From positions 108,996,001 through 109,060,000 of the forward strand of contig OZ024742.1 in NCBI GenBank assembly GCA_964016885.1: 64,000 bases of DNA, given 5' to 3'. The DNA comes from Eledone cirrhosa. Taxonomy: Eukaryota. The notes below the pieces were generated by a model. That model saw nothing but the letters and a program-made list of their open reading frames with translations. It had not been told where the DNA came from and ran no database searches. A program made the translations under genes and the position numbers. Below are positions 31,280 to 44,728 of the stretch, piece by piece (within the stretch, counting starts at the first letter, position 1; each line of letters begins with the position of its first letter).

Positions 31280-31580
31280 CGAAAGGTCTTTTTTCTAAGC
31301 ACTCATATATTCATCTAGCTTATGCTAACAGAATAACTATGTAGCTTGTTCCCTTCCTCTCTACGGTTAGCTCTCCTCTTTGTTGCTTACTTGTCTCACT
31401 AGCTTTACGCGTTTTAATTGTCCTAATAACTTAATTTAGTTATTATTGCACCAACGTGAGGTATATGATTTTTAATGCAATGAAATATCTATGATCGTCG
31501 GCAAATCACTGATGAGGGACTCATTTTATTACATGTTATCCATGTGCAACCTGCAGTATTCTTCTCCCCATTTTTTTCAC
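31280..31580 (+). mobile_element. Small non-coding (AT)n insert related to 19508-19812
   Basis: Shared ~85-nt motif. Confidence 0.55.
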
Positions 31581-31669
31581 ATATAGATATATATGTATAT
31601 ATATATATATATATAGATATATATGTATATATGTATATATATATATATATATAGATATAAATGTATATA

Positions 31670-31719
<50 letters not shown>

Positions 31720-31800
31720 AATATATATGTATATATGTATATATATATATAGATATATATGTATATATGTATATATATATATATATATATATAGATATAT

Positions 31801-32423
31801 AAAAATTTAAAACAATTTTTTTTTTTTTTAAAGATATTTTCTTATTTTACGTCTTTTATATTATTGTTCTGCATTCTCCTGCATTGAACCACCTAGGTAC
31901 TATGACATAACCTGTGTATTTGCTAGCATGGGCGTGCATCTGTGCGCTTATGTTAGTTGATATATTAAATTATCTATATTTATCTCCAAATCACTGATTT
32001 GTCGAGCAAACTTGCCAAAACCACTTCTAAAAAAATTTTTTTTGGGGTGTTAGTAGGCGTCAGTCATCTTACCATCCCATTCCTTCTAACTAGCCTCTGT
32101 GTCACGTGATTGATTCTTTAGAATCGGCCATTTGACTTGAAGCAGTGAGAATTTCGGTACATAGAATCCAGTCCTCGCAAGCTGTTCGATCTACCGAATT
32201 ATTATTATTTTTATATGAGCCGCCAGTGTCCGCGCATTGCCTGGAGACTTAACTGAGAATAGACTCCCTAATGACGCAATGAATTCTCGACAGTTGGATT
32301 ACGTAACTGTCTTTATCCCATTGCAGAAACTAATTAGTTGGAGTGAAAATTTAAGTAAGTAAAAAATTAAAAAAAATTTTTTTTTTTTTTTTAAAGATAT
32401 TTTCTTATTTTACGTCTTTTATA
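31801..32423 (+). mobile_element. ~560-bp HHR-bearing unit with ~60-bp terminal direct repeat
   Basis: ...TTTAAAGATATTTTCTTATTTTACGTCTTTTATA at both ends; HHR at 32263-32344. Confidence 0.65.
32263..32344 (+). ncRNA. Hammerhead motif with extended stem II and G5A change
   Basis: ACTCC-CTAATGA-C-GCAATG..GACAGTT..AACTGTC..CATTGC-A-GAAAC-TAATTA-GTT-GGAGT. Confidence 0.7.
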
Positions 32424-32472
32424 TATAGATATATATGTATATATGTATATATATATATATATAGATATATAT

Positions 32473-32509
<37 letters not shown>

Positions 32510-32778
32510 GATATATATGTATATATGTATATATATATATATATATAGATATATATGTTTATATATATATATATATAGATATATATGTATATATGTATAG
32601 ATATATATGTATATATGTATATATATGTTTATATATATATATATATATAGATATATATGTATATATGTATAGATATATATGTATATATGTATATATAGAT
32701 ATATATGTATATATGTATATATATATATATATGTATATATGTATATATATATAGATATATATGTATATATGTATATAT

Positions 32779-33307
32779 TGCAGGGCAATAAAGATAGACG
32801 GTAGCCACAGAATAGGCAGACCTAGAAAAGCCTGGGACGAGCTGATAAACTCCGACCTCACACACTTACACCTCTCTAAGACAATGTCACTGGACCGAGA
32901 CCTTTGGCGGTACTCAGTAACAGAGAAGACCTGCCTTGCCAGTAGGCATCTCTAACAAAATACACCCCGTCCCGCCACCACCCCCACCCCATCCACACCA
33001 CCCCGTTCTATGTAAAGTTATGTTGGTGCCGCGCCATCCAGGCCGAAACAAATGAGATCGTGTAGGTGTCACGACAAAAAAACACACAGTCCACGCTGTA
33101 ATGTGGCCATGTAGGCAACACGGTAAAAACCTCCCAGACCCACACTGTAAATGTGGTTGGTGTTAGGAAGGGCATCCAACTGTAGAAAACCTGCCAGACA
33201 GTCCTATGCAAGCAAGACAATCACTCTCGCCTCAAGTGGGACTACCCCCGTCCAAACCCATGCAAGCGTGGAACACGGACGTTAAACGTTGATGATGATG
33301 ATGATGA
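32779..33307 (+). mobile_element. RTE family 1 3' fragment
   Basis: ORF end, UTR and (GAT)n tail. Confidence 0.92.
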
Positions 33308-33379
33308 TATATATATAGATATATATGTATATATGTATATATGTATATATATATATAGATATATATGTATATATGTATA

Positions 33380-34090
33380 TGAACGAAGCTTGCATGCTCC
33401 GCTGGATGTGTAACAGTAATATACGTGAACGGCAAAGCATAAACGAACTAAGGAAAAAATTAGAGATAAGAGGGATCAGATGTTGTTTACTCGAGAGAAG
33501 GCTACGTTGGTATGGACACGTGATGCGCATGAAAGTCGATAGCTCTATAACAAAGTGCAGGGCAATAAAGATAGACGGTAGCCACGGAATAGGCAGACCT
33601 AGAAAAACCTGGGACGAGCTGATAAACTCCGACCTCACACACTTACACCTCTCCAAGACAATGTCACTGGACCGAGACCTTTGGCGGTACTCAGTAACAG
33701 AGAAGACCCGCCTTGCCAGTAGGCATCTCTAACAAAATACACCCCGTCCCACCACCCCCACCCCCACCCCATCCACACCACCCCGTCCTATGTAAAGTTA
33801 TGTTGGTGCCGCGCCATCCGGGCCGAAACAAATGAGATCGTGTAGGTGTCACGACAAAAAAACACACAGTCCACGCTGTAATGTGGCCGTGTAGGCAACA
33901 CGGTAAAAACCTCCCAGACCCACACTGTAAATGTGGTTGGTGTTAGGAAGGGCATCCAACTGTAGAAAACCTGCCAGACAGTCCTATGCGAGCAAGACAA
34001 TCACTCTTGCCTCAAGTGGGACTACCCCCGTCCAAACCCATGCAAGCGTGGAACACGGACGTTAAACGTTGATGATGATGATGATGATGA
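33380..34090 (+). mobile_element. RTE family 1 3' fragment
   Basis: ORF end, UTR and (GAT)n tail; shares a short ORF-end deletion with 32779-33307. Confidence 0.92.
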
Positions 34091-34228
34091 TATATATATA
34101 TAGATATATATGTATACATGTATATATATATATATAGATATATATGTATATATGTATATATATGTATATATGTATATATATATATATATATAGATATATA
34201 TATATGTATATATAGATATATATAGATA

Positions 34229-34296
<68 letters not shown>

Positions 34297-34390
34297 GATA
34301 TAAATGTATATATGTATATATATATATATATATATAGATATAAATGTATATATGTATATATATATATATATATATATAGATATAAATGTA

Positions 34391-34430
<40 letters not shown>

Positions 34431-34440
34431 TATAAATGTA

Positions 34441-34486
<46 letters not shown>

Positions 34487-34599
34487 TATAAATGTATATA
34501 TATATATATATATATATATAGATAGATATAAATGTTTATATGTATATATATATATATATAGATATAAATGTATATATGTATATATATATCTATATATAT

Positions 34600-34905
34600 C
34601 ATCATCATCATCATCATCATCATTTTACGTCCGCTTTTCCCTGCTTGCAAGGGTGGGACGGGTCTTATTCAGCACAGCATCTCTCCACTCGTCACGGTCC
34701 CTCGTCATCTCCACCGTGAGCTTCAATGATCTGAGGTCTGTTCTCACCACCTCCGCCCATGTTTTTCGTGGTCTACCTCTACCACGTCTTCCTTCAACTG
34801 GCATTTCCTGGCACTTCTTCACCCATCGGTCATCCTCCATGCGCATCACATGTCCATACCACCTCAGTCTCCTCTCCCGTACACTACATTCTATCCCTCT
34901 CAGAC
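34600..34905 (-). mobile_element. RTE family 2 3' fragment
   Basis: [14 protein letters not shown]...GRGRPRKTW; ORF runs to the (GAT)n tail with almost no UTR. Confidence 0.88.
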
Positions 34906-34918
34906 ACATATATATATG

Positions 34919-35021
<103 letters not shown>

Positions 35022-35034
35022 GTATATATATATG

Positions 35035-35138
<104 letters not shown>

Positions 35139-35344
35139 ATGGTGGATCACTGGAAGGTAATATCCGTAGTGGTAGAGCACTCAGCCCAAGGGACGAGTTA
35201 GGTAGAAGTGGTTACACAACAGTTAGTTCACCATACCGAGAACAATTGTTTCACCTTCGCGGATCTTCAGCCCGAGCAGAAGATCAGCGAAGGTGAAACA
35301 ATTGTTCTCGGTATGGTGAACTAACTGTTGTCTAACCACTTCTA
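35139..35344. mobile_element. Fold-back mini-insert with two divergent HHR motifs
   Basis: Inverted repeat 35203-35344; HHRs at 35272-35311 (+) and 35236-35275 (-); tail 35139-35202. Confidence 0.75.
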
Positions 35345-35355
35345 TATATATATAT

Positions 35356-35727
35356 GTAGGAGGTGAGTTTTATTGTAGTACAATAAAGCAATGCAGATAT
35401 CGGATAAGAAGCACTCTACAGTTTGTGGGACTGGAGTATGCATAATATAAGATCAAAAGATGGTTAAAGGAGTTCCATATATTTTATTTTGCGCATTTCA
35501 AAAACAAACATCATCAAGCAATAATATTTGTGTTTTCATCAGATAAAACAGGAGAACATGATATGAAGGCTAAAAAACACTTGTGGATAGTGCAGTTTTT
35601 AGCCTTCATATCATGTTCTCCTGTTTTATCTGATGAAAACACAAATATTATTGCTTGATGATGTTTGTTTTTGAAATGCGCATAATAAAATATATGGAAC
35701 TCCTTTAACCATCTTTTGATCTTATAT

Positions 35728-35730
<3 letters not shown>
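35356..35730. mobile_element. Fold-back insert (~135-bp arms) with degenerate HHR
   Basis: Inverted repeat 35442-35730; TTGATGA...GAAAT-GCGC-ATA then AATAAA; tail 35356-35441. Confidence 0.7.
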
Positions 35731-35775
<45 letters not shown>

Positions 35776-35792
35776 GATATATATGTATATAT

Positions 35793-38258
35793 ATCATCAC
35801 ATCATCATCAACGTTTAACGTCCGTGTTCCATGCTTGCATGCGTTTGGACGAGGGTTTTCCCACTTGAGGCAAGAGTGATTGTCTTGCTCGCATAGGACT
35901 ATCTGGCAGGTTTTCTACAGCTGGATGCCCTTCCTAACACCAACCACATTTACAGTGTGGGGCTGGGAGGTTTTTACCGTGTTGCCTACACGGCCACATT
36001 ACAGCGTGGACTGTCTGGCAGGTTTTCTACAGCTGGATGCCCTTCCTAACACCAACCACATTTACAGTGTGGGGCTGGGAGGTTTTTACCGTGTTGCCTA
36101 CACAGCCACATTACAGCGTGGACTGTGTCTACACGATCTCATTTGTTTTGGCCTGGATGTTGTGGCACCAACATAACTTTACATTGAAGGGGCGGTGTGG
36201 ATGGGGTGGTGGGACGGGGGTGTATTTTGTTAGAGATGCCTACAGGCTGTAGTAGGTTTTACTTTGTATTTAGGTAAGGCGGGTCTTTATTACTGAGTAC
36301 CGCCAAAGGTCTCGGTCCAGTGACATTGTCTTGGAGAGGTGTAAGTGTGTGAGGTCAGAATTTATCAGCTCGTCCCAGGTTTTTCTGGGTCTGCCTACTC
36401 CGTAGCTACCGTCTATCTTTATTGCCCTGCACTTTGTTATACAGCTGTCGTCTTTCATGCGCATCACGTGACCATACCAACGTAGCCTTCTCTCGAGTAA
36501 ACAACATCTGATCCCTCTTATTTCTAATTTTTTCCTTAGTTCGCTTATGCTTTGCCGTTCACTTATGTTACTATTACACATCCAGCGGAGCATGCAAGCT
36601 TCGTTCCTCTCTAGTCTGCGTATATCCTCTGCACACAATGCCCAGGTCTCACTGCCATGTAACATTGCTGTTCGTATGCAGGCATCATACAACCTTACAA
36701 GCTAATAGTGGTATAAGCTCTCTGAACTTTTTCCAACCAGTTCTGACTCTAACTACTGTACTTTCAGAGCACCCTCCCCCACTGCTGATTTTGTCGCCCA
36801 GGTAACGGAAGCTGTCCACTATTTCTATAGAACCCTCTGCGCAATTGAAAGAGCTAGTATTTTGTGGGCACTTGCTGCTACTTATTGCACCAGAGCACCG
36901 GCCACATGTAAAATCTATGTTCTTAGTTAGCTTACCTGTGATCCCACTACATCTTTTATGCACCCATACTTTGCAATTGGGACATAAAATGGAGTTTCTA
37001 CCTACGCCTTTCCTACACACTGAGCATGGCCATTTCCCGGAAGGGACCGGCGCCTTATTTTCTTTCCTACAAACTAGAACTTTAGTCTTAGCCAGGTTAA
37101 TTTTGATTCTAGGCCGTGCTTCCATGTTTGGAATTTCTTCTCTAGCTCGGCCATTGATTCAGCTATGAGCGTTAGATCATCTGCGTATAGGAGTTCCCAT
37201 GGGCAGCCAGTCTTGAACTCCTCTGTTATAGCCTGAAGGGCAATAATAAATAGGAGGGGGCTAAGAACAGAGCCCTGATGGACACTAACTTTTACGCTAA
37301 ACTCTTCACTATATTCGTTGTTAATTCTAACCTTGCTGACTGTTTCTTTATACATGGCTTGTATAGCTCTGAGAAGCCATTCGTCAACACCTAGTTTTCT
37401 AAGAGCCCACCAGATAATGGAACGGGGGACTCTGTCGAAGGCTTTCTCCAAGTCAACAAAAGCTAAGTATAGGGGTTTACTTTTAGCTAGGTACTTCACC
37501 TGTAGTTGTCGTACAATGAAAAGAGTGTCTGTGGTACTTTTGCCTGACACAAACCCGAAGTGCATTTCATCTAGATCAATTCTCTCTCTGATTAGTTGCG
37601 CTATTACTTTTTCTGTGACCTTCATGACCTGGTCGATTAATTTAATGCCTCTATAATTACACCTATCTAGGGCATCTCCTTTACCCTTGTAACAGTTAAT
37701 GATGATGCTGCTACGCCAGTCCTTCGGAACAACCCCATTCTGTATGACTTGGTTTACTATCCGGGAGACCATGGTGTGTCCCACCGTTCCAGAGGCTTTC
37801 AGCATCTCAGCAACTATTTCCGAAGGCCCAGCCGCCTTACCCGCCTTCATATCTTTGATTGCCTTACTTATTATACTACCTTCGACTAACACTGCTGGTC
37901 CCTCTATTGGGTCGATGTGGGGGAGACTGTCTTTCTCCCATTTATTCTCCTCATTTAGAAGCCTTTCGTAGTGACACTTCCAAGCTACCTTCTTATCAAC
38001 GTCAGTGATGGCAAGTACGCCATCATCATTAAGTACACACTTCTCCCCGACAATATCACGGTTTTCCTTGACAAATTGCCTAGCAATCCTGAACACCTCA
38101 CGTTTTTGGTCCTCGCGTTGTAGAACATGCTTGAACTTTCTTTCCTCTGCTTCCCTTCTTGCGAAGTACACTTGTCTCCTAGCTTCCCTCCTGGCCACTT
38201 GATAGTCTTCTCTACTTCTCCCATCCCGCCATACTTTCCAAGCCTGCTTTTTGGCCTT
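35793..38258 (-). mobile_element. RTE family 1, 5'-truncated
   Basis: ORFs 37074-38198, 36685-37125 and 36270-36692; UTR duplication; tail. Confidence 0.93.
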
Positions 38259-38281
38259 AATATATATATATATATATGTAT

Positions 38282-38561
38282 ATCATCATTTCATCATTTC
38301 ATTTTACATCCGCTTTCCCTGCTTGCAAGGGTGGGACGGGAACTGATTTTGGCTTGATTTCTACAGCTGGATGCCCTTCCTAACACCAACCTCATTTACA
38401 GTGAGTGCTGGGTACTTTTTTGCCGTGGCGCCTACACGTCCACTTTGCAGTGGAATGATAGGGAACCCAGTCCCTATCATCTCATTTCTACAGCTGAGTA
38501 AACTGGAGCAATGTGAAATAAAGTGTCTTGCTCAAGGAAACAACACATCACCCGGTCTGAG
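38282..38561 (-). mobile_element. SINE family S2, 5'-truncated
   Basis: Homologous to 43270-43613. Confidence 0.85.
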
Positions 38562-38591
38562 TATATATATATATATATATATAGATATATA

Positions 38592-39020
38592 TGTATATAT
38601 ATATATATATAAAAGCCGACCTTACCCAATTACACCTCTCAAAGACAATGACACACGACCGTGACTTCTGGCGTCACGCAGTAATACAGAGTACCCGACC
38701 TCCCATGGGTACAAGCTGAAGCATATAGACAATATGCCCCCAAACCCCCCCACCGCAAGGTGGTCGTGGACGTGCCATGGCAAAAAACACCCAGCCCACA
38801 CTGTAAAGTGGACGTGTAGGCGCCACGAAAAAGCACCCAGCACTCACTGTCAATGAGGTTGGTGTTAGGAAGGGCATCCAGCTGTAGAAATCAAGCCAAA
38901 TCAGTTCCTGTATGAGCAAGGCATGGTCAGCCGACCAGACACTGCCCACAACAGGACAACCCGTCTAACCCATGCTAGCGTGGAAGAACGGACGTAAAAC
39001 GGTGATGATGATGATGATGA
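38592..39020 (+). mobile_element. RTE 3' fragment, diverged subfamily
   Basis: ADLTQLHLSKTMTHDRDFWRHAV; GTTAGGAAGGGCATCCAGCTGTAGAAA; (GAT)n tail. Confidence 0.8.
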
Positions 39021-39041
39021 TATATATAGAGAGATTTATGT

Positions 39042-39087
<46 letters not shown>

Positions 39088-39244
39088 GTATATGTATATA
39101 TATGTATGTATATGTATGTATATATATGTATATATATGTATGTATATATATGTATATATATGTATGTATATATATGTATATATATGTATATATATGTATG
39201 TATATATATGTATATATATGTATATATATATATATATATATGTA

Positions 39245-39386
39245 TGTTAGGAAGGGCATCCAGCCGTAGAAAACCCGCCAGACAGTCCTATGCGAGCAAG
39301 ACAACCACTCTTGCCTCAAGTGGGAAAACTCCCGTCCAAACCCATGCAAGCGTGGAAGATGGACGTTAAACGATGATGATGATGAT
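39245..39386 (+). mobile_element. RTE family 1 terminal fragment
   Basis: Matches 9055-9203. Confidence 0.88.
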
Positions 39387-39387
39387 A

Positions 39388-39426
<39 letters not shown>

Positions 39427-39585
39427 GTATATATATATGTATATATATATATAATATTAACGATACTATTTATTGTTATGTATATACTAAAACTTTTTAT
39501 AGCTATATATATTTTAAACCCTAAAAGGTGAAGGTCAGTAATTTATTACTACCTGATTACCATATATATTATTACCATATATATC

Positions 39586-39720
39586 TATTGGCCACAAGGG
39601 CCAATAAAGAAATCATTATTGTGGTTGTTGTGGTTGTTCTGTCTATCGTTAATATTACTATAGACAGAACAACAACAACAACCACAATAGTGATTTCTTT
39701 ATTGGCCCTTGTGTCCAATA
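39586..39720. repeat. ~60-bp-arm inverted repeat
   Basis: TATTGGCCACAAGGGCCAATAAAGAAATC... / ...GATTTCTTTATTGGCCCTTGTGTCCAATA. Confidence 0.85.
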
Positions 39721-42700
39721 ATAATAATGGAAACATTAACGACAGACACAACAACAACAACAACCACAGTGGTAATAATGGAAATAATATGAGTAGCCAC
39801 ATTAATGATAGACACAAAAACAACAACAACAACAAAAACAAGAAACATAATAATAAAAGTAACAACCACAATGGTAGAAATAACAGTAACAACAACAATA
39901 GGGTAAAACAACAACAATACATCTAACAATCATAACAATAATAATAATGTTAATAGTAGGAACAACAACAACCATAATAACAATAATAGCAATACACACA
40001 ACTATGACGATAGATATAATAACAACCCCTTAGAGAAACTATTCTTCAATCCAGCTGACAAAACATATAAGATGAGTAAAATTTATCCTACGAGGTTACC
40101 CTTTAATAAAAGGGTTTGTTACCACAACAAATAGATGATGAGATAGAGGCACAGTTCACCATAGCTAGAAATAAGATTAGACAAATAGTAGACCAATATA
40201 CTAAGAGACAAAGCAGACCAAAGATCCAACAACTTGGAAGGAAACCTGTAGAAGGCTTAGTTAGCCTCAAGCAGCGCACAAGGGATGGTGAGGTTGTATG
40301 TCTACCCACAAATAAGTCTGGTAGGATGTCGATAGACAGCATGCTGAACTACATCAAGGCTATGCAACCCCACATCACCAACACGAGCGAAATTACACAA
40401 CAAACACATGAGGGGAGAGAGAAGATCCTCAACGCTCACATGATGATGTGGACCGACATCCTAAAGCCAAGAAGACGCACTGCCAACAACTTCCAGGCGT
40501 CTAACAATGACATACCACCCTTGTTTGGGCTCCACAAAGACCATAAGACAGTCAACGACCCGACAACAGGACCACCAACAAGACCTGTATGCGGAGCCAA
40601 TATCGCTAGCAACTACAGGATTTCCTACTTCCTCTCAATGGTTATACGCCCCATAATGAAGATGTCCCCAGATGTATGTGACAGTACAGAAGACCTCCTC
40701 AGCAAAATCAATGAGTGCAACAAAAACAAAAAAACCTATCTAACAGCATAATAGGCAGTATGGAGGTGGTATCACTATACCCATCCATTAACATTGATTT
40801 TGCTGTGGAAAAATGTGTAGAGATGATCAGTGAGAGTGAGGTGGAGTTCTGCGACGTCGATGAACTGGGCCTCCTACTTAGACTTACCTATGACACCGAG
40901 TACCTAGACAGCTATGACCTTAACCGTTTCTGCCCCAGTAGACCCATAAGAGGTAGACCCCCCACCATAACCTCAATGGCAAAAAAGACTCCCATGGGAA
41001 GGTGGATTGGGTTGACCAAAGCCATACGGAGCCCCCCCAAAACAATGATCAAGTAAGAAAAATGGTCGCGCATGCAATAGGGGCTAGTGTTAAAACTACC
41101 CTAAAGGGCCACATATTCAAATTCAACGAAAAGATCTACACCCAAAATGAGGGAGCAGCCATTGGCGTCAGCATAGCTGGTGATGTTGCCAACCTTTTTA
41201 TGGTATGGTGGGAAAGGAGATTCAAAGATCTTCTTGATGAGAGCTCCATAGACCTCATCATGTACTCTCGTTACGTAGACGATATTAAAATAGTAATAAG
41301 GACACCCCCACAAGAGAGTACTAACAAATATGATTTAGAATGTAGCACAATGGAAAGCATCTACCAGATAGCTAACTCCATACATCAGAGTATAACTGTA
41401 ACTATCGACTACCCTTCCAAACACCCTAAAAGTAGACTACCTGTATTAGACACGGAACTCTGGATTAACACTATAGATGAGAGGGCCCAAATTCTCCACT
41501 CACACTACGCTAAACCCATGGCCTCCAAATACCTGATACTCAAAAACTCAGCAATGTCCAATAGTGCTAAGTTTAATATTCTGATCGCAGACTTGGTACG
41601 AGTGATGAAGAACGTGTTCCGCATGTGCGACCCAATAGAAATGGAAAGACACATCCAACACTTCATCAACCGCATGCAGTTCTCTGGCTACAACCCAAGA
41701 GACAGAATCAGAGTATACAAAGGAGCCACCGAGATGTGTAAGACTCTCATAGAACTGGACATGAAAGGAATTTGCCCATTATACAGGAGCAAATCATGGA
41801 ATAGCTTAGATAGGACTAAACATAAGATAGGGAAAGCCACCTCATGGTACGACAACCAGAGATACCAGAGTGTCATGTTCGTGGACGCTACTCCTGGAGG
41901 GAAATTAGCTAACCAGTGTAGAAAGGCCCTGAGAAAGACCCACTTAAAGATTAAGGTGGTAGAAAAGCCAGGAACTACCATAAAATCCCTGATCAGCAAA
42001 ACCTACCCTTTTAAGAAAACCCACTGTACTAATAGGAAATGTGTTATATGTAAAATAAACCCCCGGATAAACTGTAAAACTAGAAACGTAGTCTATAGCA
42101 TAAGATGTACAGAGGGTACTTGCAGAAACATGACAACAACATACATAGGCGAGACAGCTCATAGCATAGGAGAAAGGATAGACCAACACTGGGGGGAATT
42201 AAAAGGATGAAAAAATGGTTCAGTACTGTACGAACATGCCAGACAACAACACGACGGTAACATAGACAACATAGAAATTAAAATAGTATCTAAACATAGA
42301 AATGATCCAGCAGATAGGCAAATCAGAGAGGCAAGCGAAATAGAGCTCAGAAGGCCAAAGCTAAACAGAAAAAAATGAATGGAATAACAACACCACCAAA
42401 ACAAACAATACTAACTTAAGAAAAATATAAATAAATAAATAAATATATACACAAGCACAGTAACAACAAACACATATAAACACACACTAGTAAACTAAGA
42501 TAGAATACAATAACCAAAACACAGTCACTCAAACGCGAACACGCACCAAACATTATACACACACGCAAACGCATGCGCAGAGAAGAAGACAAAAATAAAT
42601 GAATAAACGGATAAAATAAAAATGGTGTAGACATACAATACAAAAGGAGGAACATAATAGTACCACTGATGATGTTGCAGATGTGCAATGAAAGAACTTT

Positions 42701-42905
42701 GTTAGACTATATAAATGTGTTTATATCTATATTATATCTGTATTTTTTACCATTGGCCAGTCAATGATAAACATTGAGGACCAAATGAATTAACTGTGGA
42801 GATATAAAAGATACAGAAGCGAAAACCAACCAAACAGTGAGTGTGTTCTGTTATTATTTCTGGCAATATTATTACAACAATATGACCCTCCCCAAGTATA
42901 ACAAT
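39720..42905 (+). mobile_element. Long PLE family A copy (frameshifted) preceded by an (AAC/AAT)-rich tract; 5' boundary uncertain
   Basis: ORF pieces 40116-40751, 40715-41056 and 41002-42210; pseudo-LTR ends AAGTATAACAAT into (AT)n. Confidence 0.9.
42662..42703 (+). ncRNA. Hammerhead motif in PLE-A pseudo-LTR
   Basis: ACCA-CTGATGA-T-GTTGCA-GATG-TGCAAT-GAAAG-AA-CTT-TGTT. Confidence 0.65.
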
Positions 42906-42924
42906 ATATATATATATATATATA

Positions 42925-43754
<830 letters not shown>

Positions 43755-43770
43755 TACATATACATATATA

Positions 43771-44176
43771 AAGAAGTAATTGGTAGTTTACTTAAAGCAT
43801 TGTGTTGTGAGGTATAAACGTTTGAAGTTAGAAGACCAGAACAATGCAGGTTTGGATATAGACTATAAATGCAAAAGATAACGCTGACAATTAGTCTTTT
43901 ACCTTAATTTATTCGTATATCCTGATATTTCGAGATAATATCTCTTCGTCTGGGGTTAATTCAGTGTTCGAAGTGGGTTGCCAAGTCAACCCACTTGACT
44001 TGGCAACCCACTTCGAATACTGGATTAACCCCTTTACTCTCCTCAGATGAAGAGATATTATCTCGAAATATCAGGATATACTAATAAATTAAGGTAAAAG
44101 ACTAATTGTCAGCGTTATCTTTTGTATTTATATTCTATATCCAAACCTGCATTGTTCTAGCCTTCTAACTTCAAAC

Positions 44177-44178
<2 letters not shown>
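43771..44178. mobile_element. Fold-back insert (~170-bp arms) with HHR motif
   Basis: Inverted repeat 43818-44178; HHR at 44040-44076 TCCT-CAGATGA-A-GAGATATTATCTC-GAAA-TA-TC-AGGA then AATAAA; tail 43771-43817. Confidence 0.78.
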
Positions 44179-44211
<33 letters not shown>

Positions 44212-44269
44212 AATAGGGAGAAAAAAACGATTATTAGGAAGAAAAATATATTTTATATATATGTAGAGA

Positions 44270-44430
44270 GAGATGGCAAATTTTCAGAGTCATTACAACT
44301 TCAGATAGAATGGTTTGTGCTATTCATTTTGGCTCTGTGTTCTCTGAGTTCCAATAATGCTGAAGTCAGTTTTGTTTTTCATCCATTCCAGGTCGATAAA
44401 AAAAAGTACCAGTCTAGTACTGGGGCTGAT
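44270..44430 (+). mobile_element. Degenerate SINE (family S3)
   Basis: TTTCATCCATTCCAGGTCGATAAAA...GTACCAG. Confidence 0.6.
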
Positions 44431-44550
44431 TCTTCCTCTGTTTCTCTTCCTCATTTCCATTCTCTCACTCTCTATTCTTCTCTGGAAGAAATCTGCTATA
44501 TTCAAACCTTGTGAAAAATGGGCTCCACCCTGTTTTAAAATGCCCTAGAA

Positions 44551-44643
44551 ATATATTGTTATAATATCTAGGAGGGGTCATACTGCCAATAAAAGCACAC
44601 ATTTTCAGATAAGAAATCTTGCAAAACAAATACAAAACTGAAG
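44551..44643. mobile_element. ~90-bp minimal PLE-B-related insertion made only of two opposed ends
   Basis: 44551-44600 resembles 20559-20604; 44596-44640 is the reverse complement of 20509-20549; joined at CACAC. Confidence 0.72.
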
Positions 44644-44728
44644 TATATATATATATAGGCCAACTCATGCAAGCATGGAATAGCAAACATAAAAATGATG
44701 ATAATGATGATGATAATATATATATATA

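Noticed and set aside
39528-39999. Asn-rich and Leu/Val-rich ORFs
   Set aside because: Products of (AAC/AAT)n low-complexity sequence and a palindrome
42208-42210. In-frame TGA in the PLE ORF as possible selenocysteine (Naiad-like)
   Set aside because: The sister copy has CGA (Arg), so this is CpG decay; the endonuclease is C-terminal, unlike Naiads
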